A program made the translations under genes and the position numbers. A DNA stretch of 64,000 bases from Macrostomum lignano (Eukaryota). The stretch spans positions 310,001 to 374,000 of the forward strand of contig NIVC01000708.1 of assembly GCA_002269645.1 (NCBI GenBank). Reading direction: 5' to 3'. Under the pieces are notes generated by a model. It made no database searches. It saw nothing but the letters and a program-made list of their open reading frames with translations, and was not told the origin of the DNA. Of the stretch, positions 25,301-38,401 are shown piece after piece. The first letter of the stretch is position 1. Every line of letters begins with the position of its first letter.

Positions 25301-28300
25301 GTCTGCACCTTATTTCTCGCCTGCCTGCATTTCATTTTTAACCTGCGAGAATCTCATTTCTCACCTGCCGGAATCCCATTTCTTTTCTTACCTAATTCTC
25401 TTTTAATTCAACACAAAATATCCAATCTTTACCTACCTGAATCACAATGCACCCACTTGAATCCCATTCAACCCACCTGAATCCCAGTCAACCCACCTGA
25501 ATCCCATTCAACCCACCTGAATCCCAGTCAACCCACCTGAATCCCATTCAACCCACCTGAATCCCATTCAACCCACTTGAATCCCAGTCAACCCATCTGA
25601 ATCCCATTCAACCCACCTGAATCCCATTCAACCCACCTGAATCCCATTCAACCCACCTGAATCCCAGTCAACCCACCTGAATCCCATTCAACCCACCTGA
25701 ATCCAATTCAACCCACCTGAATCCCATTCAACCCACCTGAATCCCAGTCAACCCACCTGAATCCCATTCAACCCACCTGAATCCAATTCAACCCACCTGA
25801 ATCCCATTCAACCCACCTGAATCCCATTCAACCCACCTGAATCCAATTCAACCCACCCACCTGAATCCCATTCAACCCACCTGAATCCCATTCAACCCAC
25901 CTGAATCCCATTCAACCCACCTGAATCCCATTCAACCCACCTGAATCCCATTCAATCCACCTGAATCCCATTCAACCCACCTGAATCCCAGTCAACCCAC
26001 CTGAATCCCTGTCAATCACGCAGAGAACTCCCTCTTCCTATTCCCAGGTGACTCACCGCAGTCAGGTCGTACTCATCGAACCTGCCAGTCTGCACGAGCA
26101 GGTGAGCAGCCAGAATGCCTTCGTCCGAGGCGGCCTCGGTGAAGTTCAGGCCGTCCTCCTTGGAGCTGAGCCTCGTGCTGATGCTGCCCAGCCGAACGTC
26201 CTCGTCAAAGCGGCTCTGCAGGCGCAGCAGCCAGGCCCGGAACTCGTCCAGCCAGAACGGGCCGCTGCCGCTGCTATTGGCGAATGGCAGCTCGGCCAGG
26301 GCGAGGAACAGCCGCCTGGTGAGCAGCTGCTGACGAGGGTAGTCGATTTTCTGAGGGTCGGCGGGGTGGCGGGTCGGAAGGGCTTGGCCACGCGTGCTGG
26401 GTCTGCTGGGTCTTGTTTAATCCCTGTCTCAACAACAGCTCGAATCCCACCCGAATCCCACCCAAATCCTAGCCAAATCCCATCAGAACCCCACCCAGCC
26501 CCATCAGAATGCCACCCCAGCCCCATCAGAATCCCACCCCAGCCCTATCAGAATGCCACCCCAGCCTCATCAGAATCCCACCCCAGCCCTATCAGAATTC
26601 CACCCCAGCCTCATCAGAATACCACCCAGCCTCATCAGAATCCCAACCCAGCCTCATCAGAATCCCACTCCAGCCTCATCAGAATGCCACCCCAGACCCA
26701 TCAGAATCCCACTCCAGCCTCATCAGAATCACACCCCAGCCCCATCAGAATCCCAACCCAGCCTCATCAGAATGCCACCTCAGCCCCATCAGAATCCCAA
26801 CCCAGCCTCATCAGAATGCCACCTCAGCCCCATCAGAATCCCAACCCAGCCTCATCAGAATGCCACCCCAGCCCCATCAGAATCCCAACCCAGCCTCATC
26901 AGAAGGCCACCCCAGCCCCATCAGAATCCCAACCCAGCCTCACCCCAATGCGGAGCTGCAGTGCTGAGTCAGCGTACAGCAGTCTCCTGTTAGCCAGGAA
27001 GGTGAACTCCTGGCAGCGGGCCGGCAGCAGCTCCACCGGGTTGTAGTCGGTCAGCTCGGCCAGGCGCCAGCAGGCGACACCGCCAAGAAGGCAGGCGGAG
27101 CCGACGCCGATTCCAGCCAAGATGGCTGCCAGCCAGCGCCGCCGACGCGTGCTCAGGCATCGGGCAACCCGATGGTCGAGACGGCTGCCCAGGCTGCGCG
27201 GCAAGGAGAGCTTCGCGCTGGCTGACTCTCTGGCCAATCGGCAGCAGACCAGGTCGGCTCCGAGGCGCCGCCGTCGGGCGCAGTCGGCGGCCAGAACGGC
27301 AGGCACGCCGGCCAGGCACAGCAGGGCCAGCTGCAGTCCGTTGGCTGCCCAGTGCCGGCAAAGAAGGCGAACGGCGGCCAGGGGGGTCAGCAGGGAGCCG
27401 GCGGCGGCCGCCTGGCACACCAGCAGGAATGCCAGGGTCTGGGGCGCCGTGCGCTGCATCAGCACTGGGATGACGGCCTGCGGGATTGGGGTCGTTTGAG
27501 GATGGTTTGTTGGTGGGAGTGGGAAGACTAATCTATGAGAAAGATAGTCTATGGGAAGAAGTCTGGGAAGAACAGTATGGGAAGAAAATTCTATGGGAAG
27601 AACAGTCTATGGGTAGAATAGTCTATGGGAAGAATAGTCTATGGGAAGAACAGTCTATGGAAAGAACATTCTATGGGAAGAAAAGTCTATGGGAAGAATA
27701 GTCTATGGGAAGAATAGTCTATGGGAAGAACAGTCTGGGAAGAAAAGTCTATGGAAAGAACATTCTATGGGATGAACATTCTATGGAAAGAACAGTCTAT
27801 GGGAAGAACAGTCTATGGGAAGAACAGTCTATGGGAAGAACAGTCTATGGGAAGAATAGTCTATGGGAAGAATAGTCTATGGGAAGAATAGTCTATGGGA
27901 AGAATAGTCTATGGGAAGAACAGTAAGTCTATGGAAAGAACAATGAATATGGAAAGAAAGTCTATGAAGAACTCTATGGGAAGAACAGTCTATGGGAAGA
28001 ATAGTCTATGGTAGTCTATGGGTCGTGCGAAAGGAAATGACTCCATCATCACAGGTGGGGTCGTGGGGAGAAGGAACTCACGTGATGCTGGGCAGGCTCG
28101 CTAGTCTGGTACAGGTGATTGTAGCAATTGGCCATTAGCAAGCAATAGAAGGTGCCGATTCCCAGCTGAACAAATGGCAGCACCTGTAGGAATGGAGCAG
28201 GTGTGTTTTTAATTTTCATAATATAATGATTTATTTAATGTCAAGCGGGATACACAATTCCAAACTTGATTGATTCTTCCGATTTCAGATTCGAATCCTA

Positions 28301-31300
28301 CCAGTATATACGATATTCCCCAATCCCGATAGTTAAATCTAGGAACTATCCCCAATTCTAGACATAAAATCACGGCTCATATCCAAAATCCCTGTTCCCA
28401 AATACCGATTATTAAATCCCGATTCTCGAATATCAAATCCCGAATCCCTGCTTTCGAATACGAGATCCCAAATCCTAGATCCCGAATCCCAGATCCCACA
28501 GCTAAAATCCCAAATCCCAGGTCCCAAATTCCAGATCCCAACTCCCAGATAAAAAATTCCAGATCCCAAATCCCAATGATTCCCAACTCTCAGATCCCAA
28601 ATAGCAGATCTCCAATCCCAGATTTCAAATCCCAGATCTCGAATCCCAGATCCCAAATCCCAAATCTTCAACCCAATATACCAATACCCGATCCCGGATC
28701 CCAGCACGCACCTGCACGGACAGCAGGTCCAGCGGCACGCGGCACCAGCAGGCGAGCCCGAGGCCGCCGGTGACGGACAACAGCAGCAGCGGCAGGGTCA
28801 GGCAGGCGACAGTCAGCTGGCTGTGCAGCAGCGAGTGCGAGTCGAACAGGACGGCCATGGCGTAGGCGCAGCAGCCGGCGATCAGGAGGCTCCACTTGGT
28901 CCAGTGAACGGCGCGGGTGGCCTCGCCGAGAGCCTCGTTGACTGACTGCTGCTCGTTGAATGCCACGAAGATGGGCTCCCCGTGCCGGCTGTTCTCCTCG
29001 GCGACCAGCTGCGGGGGCGGGTAGTGGTCTTGAGTTCGAGTCCCAGCAAAAAAACAATACACAGTCCCAATCCAGAGTCCTAACAGTCACACAGTCCCAG
29101 TCCCGAGTCCCAACAGTCACACAGTCCCAGTCCCGAGTCCCAACAGTCACACAGTCCCAATCTCGAGTCCCAACAGTCACACAGTCCCAGTCCCGAGTCC
29201 TAACAGTCACACAGTCCCAGTCCCGAGTCCCAACAGTCACACAGTCCCAGTCCCGAGTCCCAACAGTCACACAGTCCTAGTCCGAGTCCCAACAGTCACA
29301 CAGTCCCAGTCCCGAGTCCCAACAGTCACACAGTCCTAGTCCCGAGTCCCAACAGTCACACAGTCCTAGTCCTGAGTCCCAACAGTCACACAGTCCCAGT
29401 TCCGAGTCCCAACAGTCACACAGTCCCAGTCCCGAGTCCCAACAGTCACACAGTCCTAGTCCTGAGTCCCAACAGTCACACAGTCCCAGTTCCGAGTCCC
29501 AAAAGTCACACAGTCCCAGTCCCGAATCCGGCGCGCCCACCTTGTTAAAGTGCTCCCACCAGGCGTCCAGCAGCCGCTTAGTCTTATCAAGCGACCAGTC
29601 GTTAAGCGGTTGATTTTGCCGATATTCGCGCAGCAGATGTTCGGGACTCTTGAGCACCAAGGCGCTGAGCAGAGCCCGGCCGCTAGTCAGCCGGCCAGTG
29701 TCTGGGTCGCGGCTGGCGCCGCCAATCAGCTTCTCGGCTGGCCAGTTGATGAGCTTCTCGGCGAAGCCGGAGCAGCCGGGGCTCAGCGTGTCCAGCACGC
29801 TGTGGTTGGCCCTGGCCCGGCCGTCCGGGGGGCATTGCGGATCGCCGGGGTCCAGGCAGGGGCGCCGGGTGTAGCCGTGCCTCAGGCCCACGCTGGACAG
29901 GGCCCGGGCCAGTCGGTCTATCGGGTGATGACGCCGCTCGGAGTCTGGGGACGCGCCTGGGTGCTTAGGCGGGAAGCTGCTAGTCTTGATAATGCGGGTG
30001 TATGACTGCAGCACCGACTGCGGGTCCAGGTTGGTCCAGCGGTAGGTCCGGTCCAGGTCCTTCAGGCTGGCCGGCGATGCGTTGGGGAGGCTGCGAACGG
30101 GAGCGGATTGGAGATGGAGAAGAGTGAGATTTCAGGTGGTTTAGGGTGAAATTGTAGATGGAAAAGGACGAGCTTGGGGATTACGGCACGAGATTGAGTA
30201 GATTAGGGTGAGATTTAGGGGATTAGGGTGAGATTTAGGGGATTAGGGTGAGATTGAGGGGATTAGAATGAGATTGAGGGGATTAGGATGAGACTGAAGG
30301 AATTAGGGCGAGATTGAGAGGATAAGGGTGAGATTGAGGGGATTAGGGTGAGATTGAGGGGATTAGGGTGAGATTGAGGGGATTAGGGTGAGATTAAGGG
30401 GATTATGGTGAGCTGAAAGACAGAGATAGGTGATATTGTGGAGGGAGAAGGGTGAAATTGCAAATAGATGGAGAGGATATTAGGGCTACTAAAAGTCAGA
30501 ATATATCTTTTTGTTTTCTGTTTACTAAGCCCTACTCAGAGTAGCGTGTTCAGCGCATTCCAGCGCATCCAGCAGCAGAATGTAGAAAGCAAGGCCGGCA
30601 GGCAAATGGAAAGTGAGCCAGTTGAGTCAGCAGGGCACTGGCTGGACTCTCACGCACCGGGGGACCCCCAGGCTGATGACTTTTTTCTCTTTTTTTCGAA
30701 GCACTTACTCTATTAAGAAAGAAGACAGGCAGGCGGTCACAGGTAGAAAATGAGAATTCGCAGTGAGAGTGGCGAATGCGAGTATCCAGTGGGGGGGGGG
30801 TATCCCGAGTTTTGAGTCATCTGATTCAAGCAGTTTGAGACTCATTCAAGAGGCGCAGAGCTCGCCAATGCGCAGTGAAATGATTTTGAGGCAGGAGTTG
30901 AGCTGACAGGCACGCAGACAGATATGAATCTATGAGTATGAGACATTCTGGCTGAGCTGGGGACCCACCGCAGCCGCTTTGTCTTCCGAGTGGGAGGGGC
31001 TCGGAGCGCATCTGTGCTTGAATTCCATTCCATAAAAGACAGTCGCCACTTGCCAGGCGCAATTTGGCCACTGTGTTCCTTTTTGGCGGGCAAATTCTGA
31101 GTTGGGTTATTCATACGGCCTGTTATTATTGGGGACTTTGACGATTTTGAGGAATCGGGATCTCAGAATCGGGATCTCAGAATCTAGATCTCAGAATCGG
31201 GGTTGCAGAATCTAGATCTCAGAATCGAGATTTCAGGGTCGGGATTTCAGAGTCGGGATCAAGATCTCAGAATCGGGATTTCAGAGTCGGGATCAAGATC

Positions 31301-34300
31301 TCAGAATCGGGATTTCAGAGTCGGGATCAAGATCTCAGAATCGGGATTTCAGAGTCGGGATCAAGATCTCAGAATCGGGATTTCAGAGTCGGGATCAAGA
31401 TCTCAGAATCGGGATTTCAGAGTCGGGATCAAGATCTCAGAATCGGGATTTCAGAGTCGGGATCAAGATCTCAGAATCGGGATTTCAGAGTCGGGATCAA
31501 GATCTCAGAATCGGGATTTCAGAGTCGGGATCAAGATCTCAGAATCGGGATTTCAGAGTCGGGATCAAGATCTCAGAATCGGGATTTCAGAGTCGGGATC
31601 AAGATCTCAGAATCGGGATTTCAGAGTCGGGATCAAGATCTCAGAATCGGGATTTCAGAGTCGGGATCAAGATCTCAGAATCCGAGGGGATTTCAGAGTC
31701 GGGATTTCAGAAATGCGGCTCTCACTAGCTGCCCATCAGTCCGATTCCCGGCAGCCGGACTGACCCCCTCGGCCCGAGCAGCTTGGCGCCCTCCCAGAAG
31801 CAGTCCAACGGGGTGACAATCCGGCAGGGCAGCAGGGCCTCCATGAAGCCGCGCACGTGATCGGGGATCTCCAGCTGGCCGAGGTCGAATTTCAGGCACA
31901 GCTGCTCCAGCCTGATGGATTGCACGGGCAGGTTGAAGACTCGAACGTCTGCGCTGACTACCCGTTCCAGCAGGCGCATGTGGGCGAGCAGCTGCCGCTT
32001 CGTCAGGACGGAGTCCGCGGCGGTGTTGTCGTCGGCGGCGTCGGCTGATGGCGGCTCCTGCCGACGAGAGGGGAGCTGCATGAGCAGCTGAGTTGAGGAG
32101 GACATCACGCTGGGATAGTTGCGGAGCAGCTCTGAGTCCTGGGCCTTGGCGCTGCGACCTTCGTCTGTGGGTTGAGTGGGAGATGGAATTAGGCTAACCC
32201 TTCTCTGTTGTGAGTAAACTGGAATGGTCAGATTCTGAAGTTGGAATTGTCAGATTCTGAAATTGGAATGGTCAGATTCTGAAGTTGGAATTGTCAGATT
32301 CTGAAGTTGGAATTGTCAGATTCTGAAGTTGGAGTTGTCAGATTCTGAAATTGGAATTGTCAGATTCTGAAGTTGGAATTGTCAGATTCTGAAGTTGGAA
32401 GGGTCAGATTTTGAAGTTGGAATTGTCAGATTTTGAAGTTGGAATTGTCAGATTTTGAAGTTGGAATTGTCAGATTCTGAAATTGGAATGGTCAGATTCT
32501 GAAGTTGGAATTGTCAGATTCTGAAGTTGGAATTGTCAGATTCTGAAGTTGGAATTGTCAGATTCTGAAGTTGGAGTTGTCAGATTCTGAAATTGGAATT
32601 GTCAGATTCTGAAGTTGGAATTGTCAGATTCTGAAGTTGGAATTGTCAGATTCTGAAATTGGAATTGTCAGATTCTGAAGTTGGAATTGTCAGATTCTGA
32701 AGTTGGAATTGTCAGATTTTGAAGTTGGAATGGTCAGATTCTGAAATTGGAATGGTCAGATTCTGAAATTGGAATTGTCAGATTCTGAAATTGGAATGGT
32801 CAGATTCTGAAATTGGAATTTTCAGATTCTGAAACAGGAATTGTCAGATTCTGAAATTGGAATTGTCAGATTCTGAAGTTGGAATTGTCAGATTCTGAAA
32901 TTGGAATTGTCAGATTCTGAAGTTGGAATTGTCAGATTCTGAAATTGGAATTGTCAGATTCTGAAGTTGAAATTGTCAGATTCTGAAATTGGAATTGTCA
33001 GATTCTGAAGTTGGAATTGTCAGATTCTGAAATTGGAATTTTCAGATTCTGAAACAGGAATTGTCAGATTCTGAAATTGGAATTGTCAGATTCTGAAACA
33101 GGAATTGTCAGATTCTGAAATTGGAATTGTCAGATTCTGAAGTTGGAATTTTCAGATTCTGAAACAGGAATTGTCAGATTCAGAGCTAGAATTTCGGCCT
33201 TGGCAGCTGCTGGCAATGTTAATTTGCACTTTTAAGGCCAGGTCACAAGACACGAAACTGTAACCAGCTAAAAATTTATCTATCTTCAAAATCTGGCGTC
33301 AAACGTTTGCCAAAGACCACCCAGGTCGGGGGCTGGCTCTTCTCCGTCTTCCCTGTCTTCAAAACGCATTATCAAGTTTGCAGTAAACTGAACCCGAGCC
33401 CCACAATCATTCTCATTTGGCATCCCCACCTCACGGCATAATCTAAAGACTGCACCGAAGCTGCCAGAGGGCAGTTCTTAAACAATATTTCCTGCGGCAA
33501 AAAAATGTTCTCCAAGTTCAAGTTCGCCACTGCATCCTGGCGCTTATGTTGTAAAATCATGGGAATGAGCTTGTAAAAATATAACCAACTTTACCGCCAC
33601 AATATATAATTATTAAGGAGAGCTGAGAGGGGGGACCATTGCGCACAACACAGCCGCTGAGCTGATGGGATAGTGGAAAGAACTAAACGAAGAAGGGCTC
33701 AGAGTTCTGAGGCAGAGGTGAGGCAATGCTGAGGCAGAGGTGAGGCAATGCTGAGGCAGAGGTGAGGCAATGCTGAGGCAGAGGTGAGGCAATGCTGAGG
33801 CAGAGGTGAGGCAATGCTGAGGCAGAGGTGAAGCAATGCTGAGGCAGAGGTGAGGCAATGCTGAGGCAGAGGTGAAGCAATGCTGAGGCAGAGGTGAGGC
33901 AATGCTGAGGCAGAGGTGAGGCAATGCTGAGGCAGAGGTGAGGCAATGCTGAGGCAGAGGTGAAGCAATGCTGAGGCAGAGGTGAGGCAATGCTGAGGCA
34001 GAGGTGAAGCAATGCTGAGGCAGAGGTGAGGCAATGCTGAGGCAGAGGTGAGGCAATGCTGAGGCAGAGGTGAGGCAATGCTGAGGCAGAGGTGAGGCAA
34101 TGCTGAGGCAGAGGTGAGGCAATGCTGAGGCAGAGGTGAGGCAATGCTGAGGCAGAGGTGAGGCAATGCTGAGGCAGAGGTGAGGCAATGCTGAGGCAGA
34201 GGTGAGGCAATGCTGAGGCAGAGGTGAGGCAATGCTGAGGCAGAGGTGAGGCAATGCTGAGGCAGAGGTGAGGCAATGCTGAGGCAGAGGTGAGGCAATG

Positions 34301-37300
34301 CTGAGGCAGAGGTGAGGCAATGCTGAGGCAGAGGTGAGGCAATGCTGAGGCAGATGTGCGGCAGAGGTGAGGCAGAGATGAGGCAGATTTAATCCAGAGA
34401 TCCCTCAGTGCCACTGCTACGAGCATAAGTCAGCACATGATTGCAATTCAGACCCACAGCACAGGCGGACAGGGTAACTGCCTTAGTGGCATAAACTATC
34501 TTGAATAACAAAAGCAGCAGAAGCGTCTCCGAGCGCTTTGTATAAACAGTTATGAGGGGAGCTGGAATTTCCTGCGATACTGTTGGCTTTGCAGAGCGGA
34601 ATTCTGCTGGAACCACCGCAGTCTGCAGCCATTAATTTATTAAGGTCGATGTTTTTGTAGCGATGGAGACTAAGTTTCGCTATTTCTGGGGCGAAACCCT
34701 TCTGGTAGGATCAGAATTGGATCAGTTTGGGAAGGGGATTCTTTTAATTGCGGGGATGAATTCGGTTTGCGGGAATCCGGACTTTTAACTAGGGACTCTG
34801 GGACTTCGACCCGGCATTGGGGAGTGAAACTATCATTGTGGGATTTCTGAGATCGGGATTTAATTATTGGGTCTCAAGGATTATCAGGACTTGATGATTG
34901 GGAAACAAAGATCAGGACTTGATGATTGGGAAACAAAGATCAGGACTTGATGATTGGGAAACAAAGATCAGGACTTGATGATTGGGAAACAAAGATCAGG
35001 ACTTGATGATTGGGAAACAAAGATCAGGACTTGATGATTGGGAAACAAAGATCAGGACTTGATGATTGGGAAACAAAGATCAGGACTTTTTGATCGGAAA
35101 CCAAGGATTGGGACTTTGTGATCGGGAACCAAGGATTGGGACTTTGTGATCGGGAACCAAGGATTGGGACTTTGTGATCGGGAACCAAGGATTGGGACTT
35201 TGTGATCGGGAACCAAGGATTGGGACTTTGTGATCGGAAACCAAGGATTGGGACTTTGTGATCGGGAACCAAGGATTGGGACTTTGTGATCGGAAACCAA
35301 GGATCGGGACTTTATGATCGGGAATTGATGATCGGGAACCAAGGATCGGGACTTTATGATCGGGAACCAAGGATCGGGACTTGATGGTCTGGACTAAATC
35401 GGGACTTGATGGTCGGGACTATATCGGGAATTGATGGTCTGGACTGGATCGGGAATTGATGGTCTGGACTGGATCGGGACTTGATGGTCGGGACTATATC
35501 GGGAATTGATGGTCTGGACTGGATCGGGAATTGATGGTCTGGACTGGATCGGGAATTGATGGTCTGGACTGGATCGGGAATTGATGGTCTGGACTGGATC
35601 GGGAATTGATGGTCTGGACTATATCGGGACTTGATGGTCGGGACTATATCGGGAATTGATGGTCTGGACTGGATCGGGAATTGATGGTCTGGACTGGATC
35701 GGGAATTGATGGTCTGGAACAATGATTCCGACTCAATCATCGGGACCCAAGCACCTAGAAATTGTTACTCAATGATTGGGGTTTTATGATTGGGACTCAA
35801 GGATCGGGGACTCAATAATTGAAGCACAAGGATTGGGACTGAATGGATCTTTGTCGGTCACCAACAAGAAAGTACTTGTTAAAAGAGCCACCCCATCAAT
35901 CATGCTGCACAGCAACGTCAAGCCATTGCGAGCTATTAGTAAACAATTAAAGATCAAAAAAATGAATTTTAATTTTACTGCTGCCACAAGGCGGGGCACA
36001 AAATTTCACGCAGGTTTTCACTTTATCTTGGAAAAAATTTCATATTAACAGAGTTGCAAGCGGGACGGCGCACAGCACAGGCCACCAGCACAATAGCTAG
36101 ATGAATGCATAACCCCCTTAATAACCCATTGGCGTGGGTGGCCATTTTGTGGTCTCTCTCTCTCTCTCCCACCTTCGACCCCCGGCCGCAGCGAGCATTG
36201 CATATTTAATAAGGGTATTCTTGTCTTTCGCGTCTCTTTTCAATTTTTTACTGCATATACAGTCTTCTGCCCTTCGGATAGGGAGAGGGAGAGAGAGAAT
36301 TCTGTGCGGCTGCAGCAGTCTGCGGTGGGTTCCTGCACTCCTTCATCACTTTATATCTGTGTGGCCGCCGCTGCTGTTTCGCAGCCAGAGTTTAATCTTG
36401 CCAAAGCTGCACGCGCGCTGAACAAAACTGCTCGCATACTGCAGGGAGGGGGTTGCGAGAAGAACGGGCAGGGCGGGCATGAAATAAGAAAATGGCCCGC
36501 TTCTAGGAGAGAAGGGGGAGCTCTTATGCAGCATTGGGCCACCCAGGCAGTCGAGTTTCCGGGGGGGGGGGTTGCTGGCATAGCTAGGTGCGCAGAAAGT
36601 GGTATTATAAATAATAATAATACTATAAATCTATACAATAATACGGTGTGTGTTATATGTGATGCCCAGCAGAAACTGGCGGACACACACGACTCTGACG
36701 GATTTGCTGAAATCGGATTGCGGTCAGCAATAGACAGCAAGCAATGCAGGGCGCTGCATTATGAACAGCGAGTTCGTTTCAGCGCAAAAAATTCTTTTGA
36801 AACAGTCAGTCAGCTATTGAATTCTTTTAACTTAAATCTTGTGCGCAGTTCAGACAGCTGGGAACCTGCAGTTCTATACTGAGAACACATTTTCGTCCGA
36901 GAATGAAAACTATTTGGAAAAGTTTTCTCTGTGTGCACAAAAATCATTTTCTTTTCTCGAAATGAAAGCTTGAAACAATGTGTTGGAAAATTGCTATTTC
37001 AACAAACTTGTACCGATACATACATTGGCCGCATAGGGGAGTTTTTATCATAATTGCAAAAGTAACGAGAATATTAATCCCCTTCTTTCCAGCTGAAGAG
37101 CTGCGAGAATTCCATTTAGTTAACCCCGAGCTATTATTTCAGTGCAAAAGCAATAAAAGTGGTATTTACTAGCAGAAGAATTTCTGCTTTTAGTGTGGAA
37201 TTCAATATAGCTACTGTATACAGACGGTGAGCTACACTGGAACCCGTTTAGATCTTTTTCATCACTGATGCGTGCAGTCAGCTTTTTCCTCAGCGAAAAG

Positions 37301-38401
37301 GGGGTGGAAATTGAGAGGAGAGAATGGAGTGGAGTTGAGAGGAGATTGGGGGAGTGGAGAGGAGATGAGAGGAGAGAAGAGGACAGGAGGTCACGCTTCA
37401 CACACAACTGCCATAGCGTCGAGGCCGGTAATGGAGAGCAAAGGAGAGGAGATCAGATCAGAGGAGATGGAATGAGAGGACAGGAATAGAGTGGAGAGGA
37501 GATCAGAGATCAGATGAGATGAGAGGAGAGAAAAGATCAGATGAGATAAGAGGAGAAGAGATCAGATGAGATAAGAGGAGAAGAGATCAGATGAGATGAG
37601 AAGAGATCAGATCAGAGGAGATGAGTTGGGATTTATTTGCATTCATGCCAAATTGCACCATGATTATGGACGAACAGAGAGACGAGAGAAAAGAAGAGTT
37701 CTGATAAGACGAGATTAGAATTAGATGTGCGAGATGAGAAGAGGTGAAATAAGCTGAGAGACAAGAGGGGGTGAGATGAGATTTGAGAAGACAGAGCAGG
37801 ATAAGATAAAAGTGAAGTGAAGAGAAGATGAAAGGAGATATGAAACCAAGACATTTAATTAAAATGCCAAACTGAGGCCAAGCTCTCTGAGACTCACCTG
37901 ACATCCAAAACTGGGTGAAATCCGTGTCAAAGCGGGCATCCTTGAGGCCCAGAGTGCAGAGGCTGAACGCCACCAGAGTCAAGAACAGGAACAATTTCCA
38001 CTGACGGGTGACGGCTACTCCGTACTGATATGAGACCTTCTGGCAGAAATAGGTCACCGACTGTTGCCATGGCCGTTTGGAGCACGCGAACTCGTGAGCA
38101 TAAAGGCTTTGCTGCAATTAAGTGATCGAGTAAATTTGCGGGTTAGGGAAGAAGACTGGAAGAGATAGACGTTTATAAGATGAGCAGTGGAGCGAGCAGA
38201 CATTGAGCCTTTAAAATAAGACCTTAGATTAGAGCAGAGGCAAGTAGATAAGAGAAATAAGTAACAATAAATCACCTGCGACAGCTGCATGTCATCTGTG
38301 GCAGAGGGTCGTTGACTTCCGCACCGTCCTAGATTTTGATGCTGTTGCCGCTGGTGGTGGCTAGTCCGCTGCCCCCCTTGGTGTCGATAATAGCCGCTCA
38401 T
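22316..38401 (-). CDS. ptc: Patched-family 12-TM RND-like receptor (divergent), 11 exons, 1366 aa
   Basis: Exons (transcription order) 38401-38276, 38111-37898, 32164-31726, 30090-29541, 29008-28712, 28183-28082, 27477-26944, 26350-26057, 24984-24523, 24370-24233, 23260-22316; all GT-AG, phases consistent, total 4101 nt. Patched signatures: LGLKDARFDTDFTQFWM (TM1), LPCRIVTPLDCFWEGAKLL, RWTNLDP, GYTRRPCLDPGDPQCP, WPAEKLIGG, VQVLPFVQLGIG, IDYP, FWLDEFRAWLLRLQSRFDED, LLVQTG, RLVDKHGVISPGRFYTCLTSW, and C-tail PPSY. Confidence 0.93.
23295..24170. repeat. 15-bp minisatellite grading into a 30/31-bp higher-order unit, ptc intron 10
   Basis: (CACCTCAGTCTCACC)n changes to CATGTCACTCTCACC and then CCCATCCCAGACCCCCCATGTCACTCTCA. 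Confidence 0.95.
25025..26015. repeat. Two arrays in ptc intron 8: 22-bp (TCTCATTTCTCACCTGCCTGCA)n at ~25025-25310 and 20-bp (AATCCCATTCAACCCACCTG)n at ~25455-26015
   Basis: Direct tandem repeats. Confidence 0.94.
26445..26943. repeat. ~22-bp minisatellite (CCCCAGCCTCATCAGAAT...)n, ptc intron 7
   Basis: Direct tandem repeat. Confidence 0.92.
27530..28020. repeat. 16-bp minisatellite (GTCTATGGGAAGAA(C/T)A)n, ptc intron 6
   Basis: Direct tandem repeat. Confidence 0.92.
28300..28700. repeat. Degenerate 7-bp repeat (ATCCCAG/ATCCCAA)n, ptc intron 5
   Basis: Diverged short-period repeat. Confidence 0.8.
29065..29525. repeat. 30-bp minisatellite (CAGTCCCAGTCCCGAGTCCCAACAGTCACA)n, ptc intron 4
   Basis: Direct tandem repeat. 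Confidence 0.95.
30195..30410. repeat. 20-bp repeat (GATTAGGGTGAGATTGAGGG)n, ptc intron 3
   Basis: Direct tandem repeat. Confidence 0.9.
31155..31712. repeat. 34-bp minisatellite (TCAGAATCGGGATTTCAGAGTCGGGATCAAGATC)n, ptc intron 3
   Basis: Near-perfect direct tandem repeat. Confidence 0.96.
32220..33185. repeat. 22-bp minisatellite (GAATTGTCAGATTCTGAAGTTG)n, ptc intron 2
   Basis: Direct tandem repeat. Confidence 0.96.
33315..33323 (+). promoter_or_regulatory. Perfect Gli/Ci consensus site GACCACCCA in ptc intron 2
   Basis: Exact match to the established Gli consensus in unique sequence between two arrays; a 1-mismatch site TGGGTGGCC lies at 36135-36143. Function is inferred. Confidence 0.5.
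33705..34385. repeat. 22-bp minisatellite (GAGGCAGAGGTGAGGCAATGCT)n, ptc intron 2
   Basis: Near-perfect direct tandem repeat. Confidence 0.96.
34885..35720. repeat. Three consecutive related arrays (28-bp, 28-bp, 25-bp units sharing GGGA.T/GAT), ptc intron 2
   Basis: ATCAGGACTTGATGATTGGGAAACAAAG, then GGATTGGGACTTTGTGATCGGGAACCAA, then CTGGATCGGGAATTGATGGTCTGGA. Confidence 0.92.
37310..37830. repeat. GA-rich low-complexity repeat (GAGAG/GATCA/GATGA), ptc intron 2
   Basis: Short-period purine-rich sequence. Confidence 0.8.
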
